From positions 11,433-75,432 of the forward strand of contig MHAY01000005.1 in NCBI GenBank assembly GCA_001804705.1: a stretch of 64,000 nucleotides of DNA, given 5' to 3'. Positions within the stretch are counted from its first letter, which is position 1; every line of letters starts with the position of its first letter. Below the pieces are notes generated by a model. The model saw only the letters and a list, made by a program, of their open reading frames with translations. It did not search any database and was not told where the DNA came from. The DNA is from Ignavibacteria bacterium RIFOXYC2_FULL_35_21 (GTDB lineage Bacteria > Bacteroidota > Ignavibacteria > Kapaibacteriales > UBA2268). Both the position numbers and the translations under genes were made by a program. Shown here piece by piece: positions 20,072 to 29,175 of this stretch.

Positions 20072-21658
20072 TTAATTCCCCATGACTTTCCATGTTAAAT
20101 TAAATGCAAATGATGCATGAGGCTTTGTATTGTTTGGACTTAGAGTGGATATTATATCTAATGTTGATAAGTAGGCTTCGATTAAAGAGCTTGAATATCC
20201 TAATCCTAATGACCAGTTAAACCGGTAGGTTTCATCGTGGGATAAGCCCGTTAAAATAGATAATCCTATATCGAATGGCTGCCATTCCGTTCCTAAAGAA
20301 AATCTTGGAGTCGTGCTATTTGACGGCTTATTGTTTAATCCTTGATTATAGTCTAAAGCGAGGAGCAAGCTGCCGGGCAATCCATCTAAGTAATCACTTG
20401 CTAAGACTGATATTCCAAATCTCAGGCAGGTTGGTAGGGTTGTCATATAATCGGCAACTGGTTTGCTTTCGGAACTACCAATATCGGTTACCGAATCGAG
20501 TTGTTCTTTATTGAATAGGTCATCAATATATAATTGCTTCTGACTTATATGTTTTGCTACATTCGATGACCAGTTGATTGAGCCAATATCTGTTATAGCC
20601 AATCCAACAGTGATTCCGGAATCAAGTTCGGCAGAAAATCCTATGTCCAGCCCCAAACCTGAACCTGCCGGTGTTGAGAAATAATTTAAATCGTAAACAT
20701 GAGTAACTGTGTCATAATCATACCTGACGGCTAAATCATCGCTGAACGAAGAGTAAGCCTCGACATAGTAGTTCCCATTCAATACATTTTTTTCACCGGT
20801 TTGGAAACTTGAACTTACTTTTTCAATTCCTGTATATGCAAAACCTGAAATATATTTGATGCTAATGCCTGCATTAATGTTTTTAATAAAACCTTCTCTG
20901 TTATTTAATACTTCTTTTGAATAGCTGAGCGAATAAGACCTCAGCCACCAGGTTTGAAATCTGAGGTCATCGAGACTGTATGTCTTACCGGCTTCATTCC
21001 CCTTCAAAGCTAATTGTGCAAGTGAAGAAGGAATTGTGAAGCCTCCTGAAACAAAATCTGACATGGTAAACCCAAAGGCTCCTATCTTACCAGATGGTTT
21101 ATAAACTATTGCTAAAGGTGTAAATGATGCATAATAATTATATTTCCCATTTCCTTCTGCAAAATAACCGTAAAGTCTATCCTTTTCGCCTTCTGTCAAA
21201 TCTCTACTTTCAGGACCTCCAAAGAAATATTCAACTTCATCCGGAGGTATTGAATTGGTGTAAACATCCGAAGAAATACCGGGTAGCATGAACTTTAATA
21301 GCGTTTCAGATGTATCTGATGGAATTAATAAGGCAGGATTTTTTCCAGATGAATAAACATCCTTGGTATTTGAATTAAATGTATTACCCATTCCCATACT
21401 TCTTGCATCAGAAACTCCAAAAGAACCTATCTGAGCATTCAATCCGGTTGAATTGAATAGTAAAAGAAAAAGTAAAATCCCCCTTAATCCCCCTTTTACA
21501 AAGAGGGAAACTTTATAAATTCCCCTTAATCCCCCTTTTACAAAGGGGGAAACTTTATAAATCCCCCTTAATCCCCATTCTACAAAGAGGGAAACTTTAT
21601 AAATTCCCCTTAATCCCCCTTTTACAAAGGGGGAAATCAATAACCAATTACTTGTCAT
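20072..21658 (-). CDS. Outer-membrane-like beta-rich protein whose 5' end contains a 42-bp x4 in-frame tandem repeat upstream of the signal-peptide-like segment
   Basis: N-terminal KGGLRGIYKVSLFV x4 encoded by the REP-like DNA repeat, then LLFLLLFNSTGLNAQ hydrophobic segment; ATG overlaps the upstream gene stop (ATGA); rest is aromatic/Gly-rich beta-barrel-like. Confidence 0.5.
   Translation of the reverse strand: MTSNWLLISPFVKGGLRGIYKVSLFVEWGLRGIYKVSPFVKGGLRGIYKVSLFVKGGLRGILLFLLLFNSTGLNAQIGSFGVSDARSMGMGNTFNSNTKDVYSSGKNPALLIPSDTSETLLKFMLPGISSDVYTNSIPPDEVEYFFGGPESRDLTEGEKDRLYGYFAEGNGKYNYYASFTPLAIVYKPSGKIGAFGFTMSDFVSGGFTIPSSLAQLALKGNEAGKTYSLDDLRFQTWWLRSYSLSYSKEVLNNREGFIKNINAGISIKYISGFAYTGIEKVSSSFQTGEKNVLNGNYYVEAYSSFSDDLAVRYDYDTVTHVYDLNYFSTPAGSGLGLDIGFSAELDSGITVGLAITDIGSINWSSNVAKHISQKQLYIDDLFNKEQLDSVTDIGSSESKPVADYMTTLPTCLRFGISVLASDYLDGLPGSLLLALDYNQGLNNKPSNSTTPRFSLGTEWQPFDIGLSILTGLSHDETYRFNWSLGLGYSSSLIEAYLSTLDIISTLSPNNTKPHASFAFNLTWKVMGN
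21478..21650. repeat. Four tandem copies of a 42-bp unit, each containing the dispersed cccccttaatcccccttttacaaagRgggaaa palindromic element, inside the 5' coding region of the 20072..21658 gene
   Basis: Directly visible: (ccccttaatcccccttttacaaagagggaaactttataaatt)x4 with minor variants. Confidence 0.85.
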
Positions 21659-23166
21659 TCGAATTTAATATGATATTTTAATTTGAAATATGTTAATAAT
21701 TTTATCCAATTCCCCGGTTGAATAGTTACTTTTTTCCCAATGCCTGATGTACTAAGCAACAAGTTGTAAACCACCTTCTCGCTATTTGAAAATTTTTGTA
21801 TTTCTGTTGAATCAAGTGTAATCTGTGAATAACTTTCAGTTGGTACAGATGTCTTACCGGATGCATCAACTTCACTTGCTTCGACAAACAATTTTTTATT
21901 AAATAATACATTACCGAGACTATCGGCAAAAGCAATATCGAAATCAACTGCCATTGGAATTGCATTAGTGATTTCGAGAAATAACGCAGCTTCTCTACCA
22001 TTCCTAATAGCCTTTTTATTGTCGCTGCTAAATTGTATGCTTACAGAATCAGTGTAAGGTATGTTGTTAAATGCCATTTCACCGCTTATAATGAATTTAA
22101 AATCTAACAGTACCGAATCTGATGAACTGGCTTCCCCTCTTTTGTTCTGAGGATTAATCGTTACATCTGCCTTTAAATAAACCGAATCGGGGAGGTATGA
22201 TAAAAATTCAGCAATATTACTATTGCCATTAGAAAATGTTTTGATAATCTTATTTTTGGTTATAGTCATCACTCCGAGATTATTATTTCCGCTTTTATCC
22301 TCTAAAAATTTTGTTAAACCATCATTCCTCATTCCATATACCTGGATGTTTTTAACTTGTATTTCAAATGGATTTTTCAAATCAGTTTTATATTCAGCTT
22401 CAATGGAAAGGACAGTATTATCGAGGATGAATTTATCCCTGAACTTTTGTATGGCGTCATTTATCGGCAACTCGAATGGCTCCTGAATCCGGGAAATATC
22501 CATTGTTGGAAGTTTTCCGCTTATATATTTGAAATCGGAATTTCTTATGCTGACATTGAGTTTTACTAAACCTGTACCGCCTCCGCTGATTACTTTTCCG
22601 TTAATTCTTAGTTTACTTTTATCAACCAGGAGGTAAGAAGAGTATGTGCATCCTGACAAATCGAGAATAGAACTGCTTCTTCCGTTACCAGGCACACTGC
22701 TTCTTATCTTGAAACTCTTACCGTCTGATTTAAATAAATCAGGGAAAGTAACTTCAAATTCGATTAACGATGGGCCTGTATTAATTATATCAATGTTTAA
22801 TTCTCCCCGAGAAAAATAAGCCGAATCAAGCTCTACACCGTCAGCTAATGCGACCTCAACGGATGCTTCACCGTTTTGTAGTACCAGTTCAATATCGCTG
22901 AATCCCTGGTCTAATCTGTTTTTCAGGTATTCCCCTATACCGAATGAATAATTCATTGTATCAGATGAAATTAAAAATATTTCCTTTCCATCTATTGTGT
23001 CAGGTTTGATATGTTCATCCGGTTTAATAATTTCATCGAGTGTATATGTCCTGTTTGTCAAAGGCAGATTCAGGTTTGTATTCCACTCCGGCATAACAAG
23101 TTCTTCCGGTACTTTGAAGCAGGATGTCAGTAATGTCAGAATTAAAAAGTAAAAAAATTTTTTCAT
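21655..23166 (-). CDS. Hypothetical lipoprotein (503 aa)
   Basis: Lipoprotein signal MKKFFYFLILTLLTSC; no recognisable catalytic motif; translationally coupled to the downstream gene. Confidence 0.5.
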   Translation of the reverse strand: MKKFFYFLILTLLTSCFKVPEELVMPEWNTNLNLPLTNRTYTLDEIIKPDEHIKPDTIDGKEIFLISSDTMNYSFGIGEYLKNRLDQGFSDIELVLQNGEASVEVALADGVELDSAYFSRGELNIDIINTGPSLIEFEVTFPDLFKSDGKSFKIRSSVPGNGRSSSILDLSGCTYSSYLLVDKSKLRINGKVISGGGTGLVKLNVSIRNSDFKYISGKLPTMDISRIQEPFELPINDAIQKFRDKFILDNTVLSIEAEYKTDLKNPFEIQVKNIQVYGMRNDGLTKFLEDKSGNNNLGVMTITKNKIIKTFSNGNSNIAEFLSYLPDSVYLKADVTINPQNKRGEASSSDSVLLDFKFIISGEMAFNNIPYTDSVSIQFSSDNKKAIRNGREAALFLEITNAIPMAVDFDIAFADSLGNVLFNKKLFVEASEVDASGKTSVPTESYSQITLDSTEIQKFSNSEKVVYNLLLSTSGIGKKVTIQPGNWIKLLTYFKLKYHIKFE

Positions 23167-23349
23167 TTACTACGAAAAAAAATATAACGATTAAAATTAT
23201 TTCCAATATTATCTCAAACATAAATTAATTATCAAGAATTGCACCAAATTTTATGCCGGCAATATAAATGAACTTTTTATATGAAACTGTTGGGACAGAA
23301 CAATGTTCTGACCTTATAATGTTCTGTCCAAAAAATATTTTATCACAAA

Positions 23350-24432
23350 TTAAATAATAATCCCAATTTCGGTTTTGCATTTTGGGCAGATAGGTTTGTC
23401 ATTTGCAATTCTGAGATTGTTTTTAATAATCCCAAAACTGCTTCTTGCAATCAATAGTTCATTGCATTTGGGACAATGTGTATCCTCTGCACAGGGAATA
23501 GTAGTATTACCTATATATATATATTTAATCCCCTTGTTATGCGCAATTTCCTTTGCTTTTATAAGAGTATTTAAATCTGTTTGAGGCTTATTGCTTAGCT
23601 TATAATGAGGATAAAACCGGCTGAAATGGAGTGGTATATCGGGTGATACCGAAACAATGAAATCGCTAAGTTTTTCTATATCTTCATCTGTATCATTTTC
23701 CCCAGGTATAACAAGATTAATTATTTCCAAATGAATTTTATCTCTCAAATCATAAATTCTTTTTATAGAATCAAGCACCGGTTCAAGTGTTCCCCCGCAA
23801 ATTTTCTTATATTTTTGATTATCCATGAACTTCAGGTCTATATTTATCGCGGATAATAGGTTTTCCCTGTCAATCAGTTCAACTGCTTCTTTTGTGAAAT
23901 ATCCGTTTGAAACAAACACGTGAAAAAGTGATTCGGTTTTCTTGTTTTTTCTACATTCAAGTATTGTATCTCTTGCATATTCCAGGAAAATAGTTGGTTC
24001 GGAATAGGTATAGGATATTCCGTCAACTTTTTGGATTGCAGCATATTCGGCTATACTCTCAGGTAAAAATACCTTTGTGGCTAAAGAAATATCTGAGTAA
24101 TATTTTACAGCTTGTGATAGTTGCCAGTTCTGGCAGTTCATACATCTGAAATTGCAACCCGGTGTTCCGAACGAAAGCACCTTCGTCCCGGGTTTATAAT
24201 GATAAAATGGTTTTTTTTCAATAGGGTCAATTGCTAATCCTTCCGTTCTGCCCCAGGTCATTGTGAACAGTTCACCGCCAATATTTTTTCTTAGAAGACA
24301 AATCCCAATGTTGCCATCTTTGATTTCGCAATAATGAGAACAAAGCCTGCAGAGAACAGAATTTTTCTCATCATTTAATCTATCATACAGAATAGCAGGG
24401 TGGTGGTAATATTCACTGTCAATTTTACTCAT
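23350..24432 (-). CDS. Radical SAM enzyme of the AmmeMemoRadiSam-system type (pyruvate formate-lyase-activating-enzyme-like), with a C-terminal Cys4 extension
   Basis: N-terminal CRLCSHYC and radical-SAM CNFRCMNCQN (CxxxCxxC) cluster; overall similarity to AmmeMemoRadiSam rSAM proteins; extra CPKC...CPKC zinc-ribbon-like tail. Confidence 0.7.
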   Translation of the reverse strand: MSKIDSEYYHHPAILYDRLNDEKNSVLCRLCSHYCEIKDGNIGICLLRKNIGGELFTMTWGRTEGLAIDPIEKKPFYHYKPGTKVLSFGTPGCNFRCMNCQNWQLSQAVKYYSDISLATKVFLPESIAEYAAIQKVDGISYTYSEPTIFLEYARDTILECRKNKKTESLFHVFVSNGYFTKEAVELIDRENLLSAINIDLKFMDNQKYKKICGGTLEPVLDSIKRIYDLRDKIHLEIINLVIPGENDTDEDIEKLSDFIVSVSPDIPLHFSRFYPHYKLSNKPQTDLNTLIKAKEIAHNKGIKYIYIGNTTIPCAEDTHCPKCNELLIARSSFGIIKNNLRIANDKPICPKCKTEIGIII

Positions 24433-24552
24433 TCAATTTACATTTTAAATCCATATTTATTTACCTCCCTTTTATTCACCTCCTTAATTAAGGAGGAGAT
24501 TCAGGGGTGGTTCTTTGGTTCTGGGCAGATACACAGGCCTGCCCCTACAATA

Positions 24553-24781
24553 TTCATTCTACATTCTACATTTTGCATTTTGCATTTTACATTTTGCATT
24601 TTACATTTTGCATTTTACATTTTGCATTTTACATTTTGCATTTTGCATTTTGCATTTTGCATTTTACATTTTGCATTTTGCATTTTACATTTTGCATTTT
24701 GCATTTTGCATTTTACATTTTGCATTTTGCATTTTACATTTTGCATTTTACATTTTGCATTTTACATTTTACATTTTGCAT
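24553..24781. repeat. Heptanucleotide microsatellite (CATTTTG/CATTTTA)n, about 33 units
   Basis: Directly visible run cattctacattttgcattttgcattttacattttgcatttt...; ORFs 24400..24801, 24507..24815 and 24515..24787 are translation artefacts of this repeat. Confidence 0.9.
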
Positions 24782-24901
24782 CATTAATTCAGCATTCATA
24801 ATTCTTAATTCATAATTCTCTGTACATCCGGTTTATTATTAGAACGATAATTCTTATATTTATTTTTTGTTTTTCGTAAAACTCGGAAATTTTCCCTTAT
24901 A

Positions 24902-25522
24902 ATGGCACAATTTAAGACTCAACTCGATAAAGAAGCTTCCATGAAGGAAGATTTTGAGAATGTCAAAATGGTTCTTTCGGGAAACAAATCTGCTTTTACT
25001 AAATTACAAAAAAAGTACAAGCGTGTTATATCATCTCTCATCAGAAAAATGATTCGTAATGAATATGATGTCGAGGATTTAACTCAGGAAACTTTTATCA
25101 AAGCATACAATGCCTTGTCAACGTTTCAATTCGGTTATACATTTTCTGCATGGATATATAGGATTGCTTCAAACACCTGCATTGACTTTCTCCGTAAAAA
25201 AAGGTTCCCTACTATTTCAATTAACCAGCCAATTGCAGGTGCTGAAGATGACATGGTATATGAAATAGAAGACAGGACTTATATTCCCGATGTTAATTAC
25301 ATGAATCAGGAAAGAAAAAACATACTGATGAAAGCTATAAATTCTTTACCGGAGAATTACAGGGAAATTATTAAACTTCGTCACGAAGACGAATTGGATT
25401 ATAATGAAATTGCTGTCAAAATGAATCTTCCTCTCGGAACAGTCAAAGCCCATTTATTCAGAGCCAGAAAAATTCTTCTTTCTGAACTTAAAAGCCAAAG
25501 ATCAGCCTTCTTAGAAAATTAA
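24902..25522 (+). CDS. ECF-subfamily RNA polymerase sigma-70 factor
   Basis: Region 2 (DLTQETFIKAYNALSTF...FSAWIYRIASNTCIDFLRKK) and region 4 HTH (NYREIIKLRHEDELDYNEIAVKMNLPLGTVKAHLFRARKIL). Confidence 0.85.
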   Translation: MAQFKTQLDKEASMKEDFENVKMVLSGNKSAFTKLQKKYKRVISSLIRKMIRNEYDVEDLTQETFIKAYNALSTFQFGYTFSAWIYRIASNTCIDFLRKKRFPTISINQPIAGAEDDMVYEIEDRTYIPDVNYMNQERKNILMKAINSLPENYREIIKLRHEDELDYNEIAVKMNLPLGTVKAHLFRARKILLSELKSQRSAFLEN

Positions 25523-25654
25523 TTAAAATAATCACATATTCGGGCAGACACAAAGGTTTACACCTACATTATTCTTATTCATTATTAATTGTTTAATGCG
25601 GCACGTTTTTTGTTCATATTTAATGTTTGTTTGTATCATTAATTAAGAAATATC

Positions 25655-26125
25655 ATGGAAAAGAAGAAAATTAAGAATTTGGATAAAAAAGCACTTGTAT
25701 TAAACATATTTTCAGGGTTTTTTGGATTTGTAATCTTATTAATGATTCTGTCATTTACCTATAGAATACTGTCACCAGAGCAATTACAGTCAAAAGTTAC
25801 AGGTTATTCCGAAATTGTTCCTGTAAATCAAACTGTACAGGTCAATATTATTAATGCCTGCAGTGTTGACGGGATTGCAAAAAAGATGAAGGATTATTTA
25901 AATAAGCAGGGAATTAAGGTTGTCAGCATTGGCAATTCATCATCACCGGTCGAAAAATCCTTTATTAAAGGTGGTTCCGATGAAAATAAATCTTTGAATT
26001 TAGCTTCTATAATCGGCATTGATAAATCATTGATTAAAACACAACAGAAAAATTCAGATTATCAGATTATTTCTGTTGTTATTGGCAAAGATTTTTCCCA
26101 ATTAAAACCATTCAAGGGTTATTGA
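25655..26125 (+). CDS. Single-pass membrane protein with LytR_C (cell-envelope-related attenuator C-terminal) domain
   Basis: N-terminal TM helix then VQVNIINACSVDGIAKKMKDYLNKQGIKVV, typical of LytR_C domains; directly downstream of the ECF sigma gene. Confidence 0.5.
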   Translation: MEKKKIKNLDKKALVLNIFSGFFGFVILLMILSFTYRILSPEQLQSKVTGYSEIVPVNQTVQVNIINACSVDGIAKKMKDYLNKQGIKVVSIGNSSSPVEKSFIKGGSDENKSLNLASIIGIDKSLIKTQQKNSDYQIISVVIGKDFSQLKPFKGY

Positions 26126-26265
26126 CATTTTTTTGTGCTATTTGAGCAGACAAATATATCTGACCCTGCATTTTAAATTCTACATTCTACATTTTACATT
26201 AATTGACAATTAAAACGTCATTGTAAATGTTTTTTAATATATAACTTTAATTAATTGGAGAAATA

Positions 26266-26685
26266 TTGGCAAAATTAACCAAACCACGTACATCAAAAAC
26301 ACTGGCATCCTTCTGTGCCAAATTAACCGAAGAAAAACTTGCTCACGAAGTATTAATCCTCAATTTAACCGAAATCGAAGTTTCACCTTCAGATTTTTTT
26401 GTAATTTGTTCTTGCGATTCTGATGTTCAAATCAATGCTGTAGTTGATGAAATTCTAAATCAATGCAGAGAGTTGGGTATAAAAAAGCCAAGAGTCGAAG
26501 GAATTAAAGGTGGCTATTGGGTTATTCTTGACTTTTTTGATTTAGTCGTTCATATTATGCACCAAAAAGCAAGGGAATATTACAAATTAGAAAAACTATG
26601 GGGTGATGCCATATTTTCCAAATTAAGCAAAAGTCGGAGAGCTGTGCTAATCCCAAAGGATGAATTAAAATCAATATTGAAATAA
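26266..26685 (+). CDS. rsfS: Ribosome silencing factor RsfS (Iojap family)
   Basis: DFFVICSCDSDVQINAVVDEI...GGYWVILDFFDLVVHIMHQKAREYYKLEKLWGDA matches the RsfS core. Confidence 0.85.
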   Translation: MAKLTKPRTSKTLASFCAKLTEEKLAHEVLILNLTEIEVSPSDFFVICSCDSDVQINAVVDEILNQCRELGIKKPRVEGIKGGYWVILDFFDLVVHIMHQKAREYYKLEKLWGDAIFSKLSKSRRAVLIPKDELKSILK

Positions 26686-26836
26686 TTGTAGGGGCAGAAA
26701 ATTTTCTGCCCCGAAAATAACGTAAAATGTAAAATTCAAAATGTAGAATAAATTGAATAAATGTAGGGGCAGAATATTTTCTACCCCAAAAAAACAAATA
26801 AAATGCAAAATGTAAAATGAAACCGATGGGTTATCC

Positions 26837-28480
26837 ATGTATGATGAAATTATAAAAATACCTTTTCAAAATGTTTTATCAAAGTTAAACATCCATGAGG
26901 ATGTTGATATAATTTTTGAATACCCCAAAAATCCAAGTCACGGTGACCTATCAACAAATATCGCTATGCAGCTTGCCGGTAAATTAAAGAAACAACCAAG
27001 GCAGATTGCTCAGGAGATTATTAATACTATCGAATACGATAAAGATTTAATAGAAAAAATTGATATTGCAGGTGCTGGATTTATTAATATAAAATTCTCT
27101 AATAAGTTTTATACACTGGCCTTGAAGAACATTTATGAGAATGGAGAAAATTTTGGGAAATCGAATAAAGGTAAAGGTATAAGAGTAAATGTCGAGTATG
27201 TAAGTGTCAATCCAACAGGATTACTTCATCTCGGTCACGGGCGGAATGCCTGTATCGGCGATACAATCGCTAATTTGTATGAGTGGATGGGCTATGATGT
27301 AACTCGTGAATACTACTTCAACAATGCCGGTAATCAGATGAATAACCTTGCTAAATCTATTTATGCAAGATATAGGCAGCAACTCGACAATCCTGATTTT
27401 CTTTTTCCCGTAGATGGTTATCATGGTGATTATATTAAGGAAATTGCCGACGAATTAATTAATGAGAATTCAAATAAACTTCTCGAAGATAATGATGAGA
27501 ATTTAACAACAATAAGAAAATTCGGAGAGAACTGGTGCTTCGGCAAAATCAAAAAGACACTTGAAAGAATGAGTATCCATCAGGAGGTCTATTATAATGA
27601 AGATTCTCTTTATTCCGAGGGGAAAATCAAAGATGTAATAGGTGAATTCAAGGAAAAAGACATTGCTTACGAAAAGGATGGTGCTTTGTGGCTTGCACTT
27701 ACCAAAATGGGTTTGACCGACGACAGGGTGATTGTCAAATCAACAGGTGAGCCGACATATCGTTTACCGGATATTGCTTATCACAGGGAAAAATTCCTGA
27801 GAGGCTTTGATATATTGATTGACATTTTCGGTTCTGACCACATTGCAACCGTCCCTGATGTTCTCGCCGGGGTGAAAGCACTTGGTTTTGACCCCGATAA
27901 AGTTAAAGTTTATATACACCAGTTTGTAACTTTAACTGAAAATGGAGAGCAAATCAAAATGTCAAAGCGAACGGGAAAGAATTACACTCTCGATGACTTG
28001 TTGGACGAGGTTGGTTCGGATGTTGTCCGATTTTTCCTATTGATGAGAGGAATTTCAACTCATCTCGAATTTGATTTAGCACTCGCTCGCGAGCAAAGTG
28101 AAAAAAATCCGGTATTTTATCTTCAATATGCACATGCAAGGCTTTGCTCTGTATTCGATAATGCTGAGTTAAAGGGTGTGATATTGAATGGTGATATTGA
28201 TTTTCATTTATTACAACATGAAACAGAAATAAAATTGATAAAACAATTGCTGAATTTCCCCGGTTTTATCGAATCGGCATGTAATAAGGGTGAGCCTCAG
28301 GTTCTTGCAGATTACCTGAGGGAATTGGCATCGGCATTTCATGTGTTTTATCATGAATGTCGAATTTTAGATGTCGGGGAAAAATTAAGCATAGCCAGGT
28401 TAGCCCTTGCTAAGGTTACGATGTTCACAATGAAAAATGGTTTAACCATTCTCGGTATTTCAGCACCAACGAGAATGTAA
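26837..28480 (+). CDS. argS: Arginine--tRNA ligase
   Basis: Class I HLGH (HLGHGRNACIGD) and KMSKR (KMSKRTGKNYTLDDL) motifs, 547 aa, DALR anticodon-binding C-terminus. Confidence 0.92.
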   Translation: MYDEIIKIPFQNVLSKLNIHEDVDIIFEYPKNPSHGDLSTNIAMQLAGKLKKQPRQIAQEIINTIEYDKDLIEKIDIAGAGFINIKFSNKFYTLALKNIYENGENFGKSNKGKGIRVNVEYVSVNPTGLLHLGHGRNACIGDTIANLYEWMGYDVTREYYFNNAGNQMNNLAKSIYARYRQQLDNPDFLFPVDGYHGDYIKEIADELINENSNKLLEDNDENLTTIRKFGENWCFGKIKKTLERMSIHQEVYYNEDSLYSEGKIKDVIGEFKEKDIAYEKDGALWLALTKMGLTDDRVIVKSTGEPTYRLPDIAYHREKFLRGFDILIDIFGSDHIATVPDVLAGVKALGFDPDKVKVYIHQFVTLTENGEQIKMSKRTGKNYTLDDLLDEVGSDVVRFFLLMRGISTHLEFDLALAREQSEKNPVFYLQYAHARLCSVFDNAELKGVILNGDIDFHLLQHETEIKLIKQLLNFPGFIESACNKGEPQVLADYLRELASAFHVFYHECRILDVGEKLSIARLALAKVTMFTMKNGLTILGISAPTRM

Positions 28481-28621
28481 TAAATGCAAAATGTAGAATA
28501 CAAAATGCAAAAAAGAAATGTAGGGGCAGAATATTTTCTGCCCAATAAATTACCATAGAATGCAAAATGTAGGGGCAGGCCTGCGTGTCTGTCAATGTAA
28601 AATCATGATGGTAAATAATTT

Positions 28622-28894
28622 TTGAAATCACAATCGGAAATATTGAAAGAATTTCAGGTAATACCCGGTGTGGGTAAGTCCATAGCACAGGATTTATGGG
28701 ACTTGGGTTACCGTTCTGTGGTTGAACTTAAGAATGAAAATCCTGAAAAAATGTATAAGAAATTTTGCGATTTGAAAGGTCAACATATAGATAGATGTTT
28801 GCTGTACGTTTTCAGGTGTGCTGTTTATTTTACGTCTAATAAAATACATGACCCTGAATTATTAAAATGGTGGAACTGGAAAGACAACGAATAA
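28622..28894 (+). CDS. Helix-hairpin-helix protein of the Cdd1/'pathogenicity locus' family
   Basis: IPGVGKSIAQDLWDLGYRSVVEL HhH motif followed by conserved Cys pair (CLLYVFRCAVYF). Confidence 0.5.
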   Translation: MKSQSEILKEFQVIPGVGKSIAQDLWDLGYRSVVELKNENPEKMYKKFCDLKGQHIDRCLLYVFRCAVYFTSNKIHDPELLKWWNWKDNE

Positions 28895-28936
28895 TTTAAA
28901 ATTCAAAATTCATAATTTAAAATTAAGGTAAATGAA

Positions 28937-29173
28937 ATGGCAGAACCAATATCAGTTCAAAAAGAACCTTATGTACTCGAATTAGAACGTGGATTATACT
29001 TGTGGTGTGCCTGCGGCAAATCACAAAACCAACCCTTTTGCGACAGCTCCCACAAAGGTAGTGAATTTTTACCTGTTAAGGTTAAGATAGATGAGAAAAA
29101 AACTGTTTATCTTTGTGGTTGCAAAAGAACAGGCACCAAACCTTACTGTGATGATACACACCTGACTTTATAA
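28937..29173 (+). CDS. CDGSH iron-sulfur domain protein (two CDGSH-type motifs)
   Basis: CACGKSQNQPFCDSSHKG and CGCKRTGTKPYCDDTH, two zinc-finger-like CDGSH 2Fe-2S motifs. Confidence 0.85.
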   Translation: MAEPISVQKEPYVLELERGLYLWCACGKSQNQPFCDSSHKGSEFLPVKVKIDEKKTVYLCGCKRTGTKPYCDDTHLTL

Positions 29174-29175
29174 AA

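Noticed and set aside
21478-21650. Possible CRISPR array (regular 42-bp repeats)
   Set aside because: The units are directly tandem with no spacers. They lie inside a CDS in frame. The unit is the dispersed palindromic element found elsewhere intergenically. No cas genes are nearby.
24400-24815. Three overlapping + strand ORFs (133, 102 and 90 aa) with HFAFCILHFTFCILH... translations
   Set aside because: They are pure translations of the (CATTTTR)n heptamer microsatellite in three frames. The composition is periodic and there is no RBS, so they are not genes.
26690-28600. GGGGCAG…CTGCCCC hairpins considered as rho-independent terminators of rsfS and argS
   Set aside because: The stems are not followed by a T-run on either strand. 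The same element occurs in clusters and in non-gene-end contexts. It is better explained as a REP-like repeat family, though a terminator role cannot be excluded.
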